DNA from: a virus
Taxonomy: Duplodnaviria > Caudoviricetes
DNA length: 64,000 nucleotides
IMG/VR virus record: IMGVR_UViG_2936514734_000001
Location: 96,001 to 160,000 of that record
Direction: 5' to 3' (one strand)
In this document: piece by piece, positions 52,442-58,998 of the stretch
Numbering within the stretch: the stretch's first letter is position 1
How the letters are laid out: each line of letters starts with the position of its first letter
The notes under the pieces: generated by a model
Told to the model about the DNA's origin: nothing
The model's database searches: none
The model's input: the letters and a program-made list of their open reading frames with translations, nothing else
Program-made: the position numbers and the translations under genes

Positions 52442-52515
52442 TGGCAGGGGCAGTAGGAGTTGAACCCACACTGACGGTTTTGGAGACCGTAGTTCTACCT
52501 TTAAACTATACCCCT
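52442..52515 (-). tRNA. tRNA-Trp(CCA)
   Basis: Cloverleaf, ACGGT-CTCCAAA-ACCGT, CCA end. Confidence 0.92.
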
Positions 52516-52527
52516 AGAATATATTCA

Positions 52528-52723
52528 TGTGCTTACAGCGGGAGAGTCCTGACCCCTAGACGACATCGCTCCTTCCCCAGCCAGTAAAAGGTGAGAAATC
52601 TTTTACAGCAAGGTATGTAACACTGTACCCTAAAAAAGTTTCTCAGGCTTTTCTAAGTATTTTCAAGTGTATACGCAAAACGAAGCACGGATTCGAACCG
52701 TGGTTGCTCCCCTTGTAAGCACA
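52528..52723 (-). ncRNA. Circularly permuted tRNA-like RNA (YrlA/Y-RNA-like topology)
   Basis: T arm precedes D arm; ends closed by a 10-bp stem. Confidence 0.65.
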
Positions 52724-52881
52724 CGAAATATAAGGCGAGGTAATGGGGAATCGAACCCCAATAGTCACACCAGCGATAACCTACTTCTTTTAACTAGTAT
52801 TATACAAAGTAGAAAACAGGAATCGAACCCTATCGGTCAACCATGCTTACCTCATAAAAAGTGGGGGCGTTAGCCCCCGTA

Positions 52882-52994
52882 TAGACAAGGCAGGACTTGA
52901 ACCTGCAGTGGAGTTATTTATATATATCCTCTCATCCCATTTTTCAGGGCGTGTTTGCCAGGCGCGATCGCAACCTATATTCCACCACTTGTCT
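52882..52994 (-). ncRNA. Aberrant Leu-like tRNA with expanded D loop and broken anticodon arm
   Basis: AGACAAG/CTTGTCT acceptor, GCAGG-TTCAAGT-CCTGC T arm. Confidence 0.55.
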
Positions 52995-53136
52995 AGTGTC
53001 CTTTGACCTGTACGCCTCCGAAGGGACACGTCTTTTAAGGGGAGACGCACAGGTTTTGCATTTCGCTAAGCTTAGATAGCTTAGACCGCCTGCTTGGCTA
53101 ACTTTTATAGTTCACATTAAAATGGTGAACCATTAA

Positions 53137-53209
53137 TGCCGACGATAGGACTTGAACCTACAACCTCCTGATTACAAGTCAGGCGCACTACCAATTGTGC
53201 TACACCGGC
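53137..53209 (-). tRNA. tRNA-Thr(TGT), no encoded CCA
   Basis: Cloverleaf CCTGA-CTTGTAA-TCAGG. Confidence 0.9.
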
Positions 53210-53278
53210 ATAATAGCAATCAACTAAGGGGAATTGAACCCTTTTCGACTACCGACAAGTCTCTTAGTTGACCTTGAG

Positions 53279-53349
53279 TGATCTTAACAGGAGTTGAACC
53301 TGTGAGTGATAGTGTTTATCTATCGCGTTGACCGCTTCGCCATAAGACC
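53279..53349 (-). pseudogene. Cys-like tRNA with non-canonical anticodon loop ATAAACA
   Basis: Intact stems; D and T arms resemble tRNA-Cys at 53881. Confidence 0.6.
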
Positions 53350-53360
53350 ATATTACTGTG

Positions 53361-53552
53361 TTAGCTGCTTCTAACTTTAGAACGAATTGAATTATGTCCA
53401 TTTGGAAGACCAGTAGATGAAAACAACATACTTCCTGCATAATCTTTCTCCGCTACTTCACCGCATTCACATGTAGTTTCTGTTGTACCCATCTTTACGA
53501 TTTTCTCAAAAGATGTATCACATTTTTCACAATTAAATCTATAGATTGGCAT
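53361..53552 (-). CDS. FmdB-family Zn-ribbon protein
   Basis: MPIYRFNCEKCDTSFE..CECG. Confidence 0.8.
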   Translation of the reverse strand: MPIYRFNCEKCDTSFEKIVKMGTTETTCECGEVAEKDYAGSMLFSSTGLPNGHNSIRSKVRSS

Positions 53553-53554
53553 TG

Positions 53555-53773
53555 TTAATCTCCTAAGATTGGATTATGCGTTGAATACATAGGTGAACAA
53601 CCTTCATGAGATGGGAAAGTTAATTCTTGAACAGGTTCTTTACTTGTAAGAATTAGCACAGTATTATCTCTTTCAGCATCAAATCTTACATGAGAAATAT
53701 CTACTTCTTCAGGTAATTGCATAATCTTTTTTAATACAGATTTGCGTATAACAAGTTGTCCTTTAGCAGACAT
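53555..53773 (-). CDS. Hypothetical protein (start MSAKG at 53773)
   Basis: GAGGGG RBS; upstream part of track ORF overlaps tRNAs. Confidence 0.6.
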   Translation of the reverse strand: MSAKGQLVIRKSVLKKIMQLPEEVDISHVRFDAERDNTVLILTSKEPVQELTFPSHEGCSPMYSTHNPILGD

Positions 53774-53801
53774 ATTGATCTTCCCCTCTATTAAATAAAG
53801 A

Positions 53802-53877
53802 TGGCGATCCCGACCGGATTTGAACCGGCGATCTCCTGCGTGACAGGCAGGCGTGTTAACCGCTACACTACGAGACC
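53802..53877 (-). tRNA. tRNA-Asp(GTC)
   Basis: Cloverleaf, CCA. Confidence 0.93.
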
Positions 53878-53880
53878 ATA

Positions 53881-53958
53881 TGGAGCGCAAGACAGGATTC
53901 GAACCTGTGAAATAATAGGGTTGCAACCTATCGCGTTAAGCCGCTTCGCCACATGCGC
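53881..53958 (-). tRNA. tRNA-Cys(GCA)
   Basis: ATAGG-TTGCAAC-CCTAT, U73, CCA. Confidence 0.85.
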
Positions 53959-53962
53959 GTAA

Positions 53963-54040
53963 TGGTCCGGGTGGAAAGACTTGAACTCTCGGCCTCCTGC
54001 TCCCAAAGCAGGCGCTCTAACCAAACTGAGCTACACCCGG
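53963..54040 (-). tRNA. tRNA-Pro(TGG)
   Basis: Cloverleaf, CCA. Confidence 0.9.
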
Positions 54041-54046
54041 ATTTTT

Positions 54047-54220
54047 TGGCGTGCACGGGCTGGAATCGAACCGCCCTTCCACTATGGTCTATCCTATTCT
54101 GACAATAGGGGTTTGTCATAGCTGATCTCTCGCCAACCTAACCGTATCCTTTCCTTCATGTTGTCAGATGCATGAAATACTCCAACGCTTCGTGAAAGGT
54201 TAGCTTCGCCTGAGCTGCAC
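54047..54220 (-). ncRNA. 174-nt tRNA-like RNA with acceptor, T arm, CCA and large structured insert
   Basis: GTGCA/TGCAC-G-CCA, GGTTCGATTCC loop, internal pseudoknot-like pairing. Confidence 0.6.
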
Positions 54221-54231
54221 ATATTAAATAA

Positions 54232-54305
54232 TGGCTCTTGATTGACTTGAACAATCGACCTTTCCCTTATGAGGGGAACGCTCTAACCAACTGAGCTAAA
54301 GAGCC
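54232..54305 (-). tRNA. tRNA with CAT anticodon (Met or Ile2)
   Basis: TTCCC-CTCATAA-GGGAA. Confidence 0.8.
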
Positions 54306-54309
54306 GAAG

Positions 54310-54386
54310 TGGTGGACCTTACAGGATTCGAACCTGTGACCGGACGGTTATGAGCCGTCTGCTCTAACCAGCTGAGCTAAAGGTCC
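54310..54386 (-). tRNA. tRNA-Ile2(CAT)
   Basis: GGACCTTTAGCTCAG..GACGGCTCATAACCGTC, like the Bacillus lysidine tRNA. Confidence 0.85.
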
Positions 54387-54389
54387 ATT

Positions 54390-54462
54390 TGGTTGCAGAG
54401 GCAGGAGTTGAACCTGCGTAGTCTTGGTTATGAGCCAAGATGGAATACCCATTCACACTGCT
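54390..54462 (-). tRNA. fMet-like tRNA(CAT) with shortened D arm
   Basis: 1:72 mismatch, GCAACCA end, CTCATAA loop. Confidence 0.65.
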
Positions 54463-54596
54463 ATAATGAAAGACTCCTATGATATTCCCACACATCATAG
54501 GAGTTATTATGATACGGCTATATATCATAATTCTTCTTTTCATACTTCAAGAAAGGAGTGACTTCGTGGCGGGTTATCTTCATAACCCATAATAAA

Positions 54597-54669
54597 AGGT
54601 GCGCCTTACAGGAATTGAACCTGTCCTCGCCCGCGCGGTTGGGCAGTACTACCGCTATACTAAAGGCGC
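54597..54669 (-). pseudogene. Gly-like tRNA with 8-nt non-canonical anticodon loop
   Basis: Intact acceptor, D and T arms; loop AACCGCGC. Confidence 0.6.
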
Positions 54670-54735
54670 ATTGCGCTCAAAGGGATTAAGGAGACCCCTA
54701 AACCTGTAGGTTGTATTTTATGAGCGTCTTGGTAA

Positions 54736-54808
54736 TGGAAGATGAAGGAGTTGAACCTCCGACGCGTAGATCTTCAATCTACCGCTCTACCAACTGAGCT
54801 AATCCTCC
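54736..54808 (-). tRNA. tRNA-Phe(GAA)
   Basis: GTAGA-TTGAAGA-TCTAC. Confidence 0.85.
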
Positions 54809-54809
54809 A

Positions 54810-54884
54810 TGGAGCACCTCACGGGAATCGAACCCGTACTGTCTGCTTGGAAGGCAGAAGTCATAGCCATTAGACCAGAAGCGC
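54810..54884 (-). tRNA. tRNA-Gly(TCC)
   Basis: Cloverleaf, CCA. Confidence 0.9.
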
Positions 54885-55039
54885 ACAATCTACGGTTTTC
54901 CGATACCGTAGAAAGAATAAAATAGAGTTCTTATAAAGTGAAAGGAAGGATTTAAATGATAACAGGAAAAGCTATAAAACTAACCCGTACATTATTTAAA
55001 CGGTGACAGGAAGTACCTTTCGGTAAGCCCTGTCATGTA

Positions 55040-55127
55040 TGGAGGAGGGAGCGGGATTCGAACCCGCGGATGTTTTACCACCTCTGGTTTTCAAGACCAG
55101 TACAATAAGCCTCTCTGTCACCCCTCC
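55040..55127 (-). tRNA. tRNA-Ser(TGA)
   Basis: Long variable arm, CCA. Confidence 0.9.
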
Positions 55128-55128
55128 G

Positions 55129-55219
55129 TGGCGGAAGGTAAGGGATTTGAACCCTTGCGCCGACTTAGCGACCTACACCCTTAGCAGGGGCGCCTCTTCA
55201 GCCTCTTGAGTAACCTTCC
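55129..55219 (-). tRNA. tRNA-Ser(GCT)
   Basis: Long variable arm, CCA. Confidence 0.92.
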
Positions 55220-55221
55220 AT

Positions 55222-55305
55222 TGGCACCCATTGAAGGAATCGAACCTCTTGGGAATGGTTTTGGAGACCATCGACTTACCTCTCGTCTTTAACCCTCTAA
55301 TGGAT
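55222..55305 (-). tRNA. Second tRNA-Trp(CCA) with ~9-nt insertion before the D arm
   Basis: ATGGT-CTCCAAA-ACCAT, GCCA end, 11-nt acceptor-D connector. Confidence 0.65.
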
Positions 55306-55310
55306 ATTGA

Positions 55311-55384
55311 TAGCACTGACGGGATTCGAACCCGCGTATGACCGATAGAAAGTCGGCTGTGTTAGGCCACTTCACCACAGTGCT
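55311..55384 (-). tRNA. tRNA-Glu(TTC)
   Basis: GCCGA-CTTTCTA-TCGGT. Confidence 0.88.
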
Positions 55385-55418
55385 AGATTAAGATGTGACT
55401 TAGAGCCACATCGATTAA

Positions 55419-55811
55419 TTAACTTTTTAATAAGAAATTGAAGTTAGTAAACACTCTTCGTTCAGGGCTAGTATCCCATTGTGATACTTTTTCTTCTGGA
55501 AAATGCACAAAGTCTACAATAACATGAGCATTTACATCCGGAAGTAAGTAAAGGAGTTTCACTATTTTGATGTAATTATTGTCTTGGATAGTTTCAGCTT
55601 CAACTAGTTCAGCTTCAATAGTAGGAAAATCCGTTGCACCGCTTCCTTTATAATTCAACGAAGAAACATAGGTACGGGCATCTGTTAAGCTATTTCTAGA
55701 TGTGTCATTGATGAATCGAGTATTAGTTAACCCATCTACATAGGCAACTACTTGTTCTTCTAAACCATCATACTTAAATAAATAAGTAGCTTCTTTTTTT
55801 ACTACTGACAA
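55419..55811 (-). CDS. Hypothetical protein within tRNA array
   Basis: ORF with GAGGG RBS. Confidence 0.6.
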   Translation of the reverse strand: MSVVKKEATYLFKYDGLEEQVVAYVDGLTNTRFINDTSRNSLTDARTYVSSLNYKGSGATDFPTIEAELVEAETIQDNNYIKIVKLLYLLPDVNAHVIVDFVHFPEEKVSQWDTSPERRVFTNFNFLLKS

Positions 55812-55833
55812 TTTAACACCCTCTTCAAAGATT

Positions 55834-55908
55834 TGGCTGCGGGGGAAGGATTCGAACCCTCGTATCCATGAACCAAAATCATGTGCCTTACCGCTTGGCT
55901 ACCCCGTA
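55834..55908 (-). tRNA. tRNA-Gln(TTG)
   Basis: Cloverleaf, CCA. Confidence 0.88.
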
Positions 55909-55911
55909 ATA

Positions 55912-55987
55912 TGGCTCCACCTGCAGGTCTCGAACCTGCGACCACTTGATTAACAGTCAAGCGCTCTACCAACTGAGCTAAGGTGGA
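55912..55987 (-). tRNA. tRNA-Asn(GTT)
   Basis: Cloverleaf, CCA. Confidence 0.93.
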
Positions 55988-56062
55988 ATAATGAGTAAGG
56001 AGCAACCCTCTGCACCACGGACTCGAACCGTGACCCCTACTACTTAATGTGACTGTTTGAAT

Positions 56063-56091
56063 AAGGTAAACACTTCATTTCCATTTGTCAA
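56063..56091 (-). promoter_or_regulatory. SigA-like promoter driving tRNA array
   Basis: TTGACA-17-TACCTT with AT-rich upstream region. Confidence 0.7.
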
Positions 56092-56125
56092 CACTTTTAG
56101 AAAATATTTTTATTTTTTATAATAT

Positions 56126-56452
56126 TTGCTACCTACACTGCCTAGCAGTGATTGAAGGTGTGTATAAAAGCCATTTTACTGTTATCCAGGGTTTTTAAAG
56201 AATGTTAAGGCCTTTACCATTTTAGCTTTAGAAATTAAAAAACTTTAAGTCCTAAGCTTTACTCTTTATAACTTTAAGGTTTAAACTTTTCACCCATTTG
56301 TCTTGTATCTACAAGATATCTGTATTGTTCTCTCTTATTATGAGAAACCTTTTAGTTTAGCCCTATGCTATACAAAGTAATTGGAGCGGGGAAAGTTTAA
56401 CGTCCTCCCTGCAAAGACGTATACACGTTTTAACGTTCCGTGTAAGTAGCAA
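56126..56452 (-). ncRNA. Putative ~327-nt structured RNA with 7-nt periodic repeat core
   Basis: 13-bp terminal stem with G.U favouring minus strand; TAAAGnn repeats. Confidence 0.6.
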
Positions 56453-56467
56453 GTTATAATTTAGCTA

Positions 56468-57088
56468 TTAGTCTAATTCGATGAATGTAGTTGCGTTTAC
56501 CTCAGATAAACAAGCATCTACCTCAACTAAGAAACTATTAATTTCTTCTTCAAGTTTCTTGATTTCTTCACGAATTGAAATAGGATCAACCATGTTAGGT
56601 TCATTACGTTTCTTGAAGTCAGCGGTTGTTTTCTCTACTTCTTCAGCAAAGTTCTTACGATCCTTACCAAAGTCAGAATTCAAACGTTGATCAAGACGGA
56701 TCTCCATTTCACGACGTTCACGTTCAATCTCTTGATTTACTACAGCGAGTTGACGATTTAATTCATGGAGTAATGACTGCTTATAGTGAATAGCATCTTT
56801 CTGATCAATTGCCTCAGCAATAGTCATTACGACACCAGCAATCTTCACTTCAGTCGTTGCATTTACCAGAATTAATTTAGATTTAATTTCGTTACGACGT
56901 TTGATTAGGTCATTAGCAGATTGGTATCCGCTTTTCGCTAATTCTTCGAACTGCTCTTTAGAGTTATATCCACGAGGCTTCTCGCTTCCTGTTTGAAAAG
57001 TAACAAACTTCTCTCCATTAATAGCTCCTGCAATTCGTTTGTCCAGCATCTTTAATTCAGATAGTGCACGGTGTAAAGATAATTTCAT
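56468..57088 (-). CDS. Long coiled-coil protein (DIP1984/septicolysin-annotated-like family)
   Basis: MKLSLHRALSELKMLDKRI, MTIAEAI, VDP, LSEVNATT. Confidence 0.7.
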   Translation of the reverse strand: MKLSLHRALSELKMLDKRIAGAINGEKFVTFQTGSEKPRGYNSKEQFEELAKSGYQSANDLIKRRNEIKSKLILVNATTEVKIAGVVMTIAEAIDQKDAIHYKQSLLHELNRQLAVVNQEIERERREMEIRLDQRLNSDFGKDRKNFAEEVEKTTADFKKRNEPNMVDPISIREEIKKLEEEINSFLVEVDACLSEVNATTFIELD

Positions 57089-57269
57089 CTATTATCGTCT
57101 CCCTTATGTTTTTATTCTCACAGATTGTAAAAGAATCTATAAAGATTACCCTAGAATCTATTTAAAAAACGTTGATTTTAGTGGAATCAATTACTGTTTT
57201 ACTAATTCAACCCTAAGAGAATAAAAAGTCAAGAGAAAAAGATGGATTTCTCCATCTTTTTTAAAAAAA

Positions 57270-57974
57270 TTATTTAAGTTTTAATACCTGTCCGATGCTA
57301 AGTAAATCAGACTTTAAGCCGTTGAGAGATTTTAGCTTTTCAACTGTCATCTTGTGGTCTTTAGCGATTCCCCAAAGAGTGTCACCTTTTACAACTTTGT
57401 AATTCTCACAAGTTGAAGGTGAACCTGATACTGTTTTACCAGTTAAAGCATGAACAATTGCATTACATGCTCTTTCGATGCCACCGCTAACCATTAATTT
57501 GTTCATATCATCTTTATTATCGATGAAAGCAACTTCAATTAAGATAGCCGGTGCATTAGTACTATTGATAAAACCAATTTTCTTACCATCTTTAGGTCCG
57601 CGATCTGTCGTACCTAATTTAGCAGAAAGTTCTTTTGAAACTTTAGCAGCTAAATCTTTTTGGTTATAGAAAAGAACTTCAGTACCATGTCCTTTTCCAT
57701 TACTAGCGTTTAAATGAATACTAACGTCTAAACGACCAGATGCAGAGTTTTTGTTGCAGTTCTTAACTGCATTAGACCAAACAGCGGTTTTAGTTCTACC
57801 TACATCATCAGTACAGATTTTCACATTTTGACCAACTGATTTTAACTGCTTCTCTAATTCCTTAACAATTGTACGAGCTACTTCGTGTTCTTTATAGCCA
57901 CATCCACTTGCTCCAGGTATGATTGCGTTATGACCAGCGGTTAATGTAATAAGTTTATAACTCATATTAGCCAT
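57270..57974 (-). CDS. N-acetylmuramoyl-L-alanine amidase (Amidase_3) plus one LysM
   Basis: AGH, E, SIHLNA, AILIEVAFIDN, YKVVKGDTLWGIA. Confidence 0.93.
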   Translation of the reverse strand: MANMSYKLITLTAGHNAIIPGASGCGYKEHEVARTIVKELEKQLKSVGQNVKICTDDVGRTKTAVWSNAVKNCNKNSASGRLDVSIHLNASNGKGHGTEVLFYNQKDLAAKVSKELSAKLGTTDRGPKDGKKIGFINSTNAPAILIEVAFIDNKDDMNKLMVSGGIERACNAIVHALTGKTVSGSPSTCENYKVVKGDTLWGIAKDHKMTVEKLKSLNGLKSDLLSIGQVLKLK

Positions 57975-58067
57975 GCACCTCCGATAATTTGCATTAATAA
58001 TGCATGGCTAAATTAACCAGTTCACAAATAAAGCTCAAGCCTAAGCTTGAGCTAGTTACACCGATTA

Positions 58068-58913
58068 TTATGCTACACGGATTTTTTGACCAACAGTGAT
58101 TTTATTAATGTCTTGAATATCAGGATTCAAAGCTTTAATTTTATCAACTGTTGTATTGTACTTAACTGCAATTGCAGAAACTGTATCACCTGCTACTACC
58201 GTATAGTACACCGCTGTAGACTTCACTTTTAACACTTGACCGATAGTGATAATGTCTGAAGTTAAACCGTTTAATTGTTTAAGTTCATCTACAGTCATTT
58301 GATATTTATTAGCGATAGACCAAAGAGTATCACCTGCTACAACTGTATATGTGTCAGTTGCAAGAGATGGTTCAGTAACACCAGCAACTTTACCTGTTAA
58401 GGTTTTAACAATTGCTTGAGCTACTTTCTGAACACCACCAGGGCCCATTACTTTGTCCATATCAGATTGAGTATCAATGAAGCCAGTTTCGACAAGAATA
58501 GCCGGAGCATTTGTTGAGTTAAGGAAACCAATTCCTTGTCGCTCTTGAGGACCACGATCTTTATAACCCATTGCAGTAGCAAGGTCTTTTGATACTTTAG
58601 CTGCAAGTTCTACTTCGCTGTAATAAAGAACCTCACAACCAGTTCCACCACCAGCATTTAAGTGAATACTTACATCTAAACGTCCTTCTTTTGGAAAGCT
58701 ATTAGCTTTTCTTACAGCGTTAGTCCAAACTTCAGTTTGAGTTGTTCCAATGTCATCTGTTACAACTTCTACGTTTTGACCTACTGCCTTCATCTGCTTT
58801 TCAAGTTCAGCAACAATCAATCTAGCTACTTCATGTTCCTTGTAGCCACATCCGTATGCTCCTGGAACAATCGCATTATGGCCCGCTGTTAAAGTGATTA
58901 AATTATAACTCAA
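58068..58913 (-). CDS. N-acetylmuramoyl-L-alanine amidase (Amidase_3) plus two LysM
   Basis: Paralog of neighbour; two YTVVAGDT LysM repeats. Confidence 0.93.
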   Translation of the reverse strand: MSYNLITLTAGHNAIVPGAYGCGYKEHEVARLIVAELEKQMKAVGQNVEVVTDDIGTTQTEVWTNAVRKANSFPKEGRLDVSIHLNAGGGTGCEVLYYSEVELAAKVSKDLATAMGYKDRGPQERQGIGFLNSTNAPAILVETGFIDTQSDMDKVMGPGGVQKVAQAIVKTLTGKVAGVTEPSLATDTYTVVAGDTLWSIANKYQMTVDELKQLNGLTSDIITIGQVLKVKSTAVYYTVVAGDTVSAIAVKYNTTVDKIKALNPDIQDINKITVGQKIRVA

Positions 58914-58998
58914 TAGTCATGCACCTCCGGTAATATTTCGCACTATAAACGATGCATGACTAAATTAACCAGTTAATTACCAAATCTCAATGTTTTAC

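Noticed and set aside
52528-52723. Two-piece tmRNA
   Set aside because: Has a real D stem, and no CCA, G3.U70 or tag-coding segment
52667-56005. Track ORFs 52667, 52847, 52897, 53928, 55802 and the 5' part of 53555..53926
   Set aside because: Overlap tRNA or tRNA-like genes
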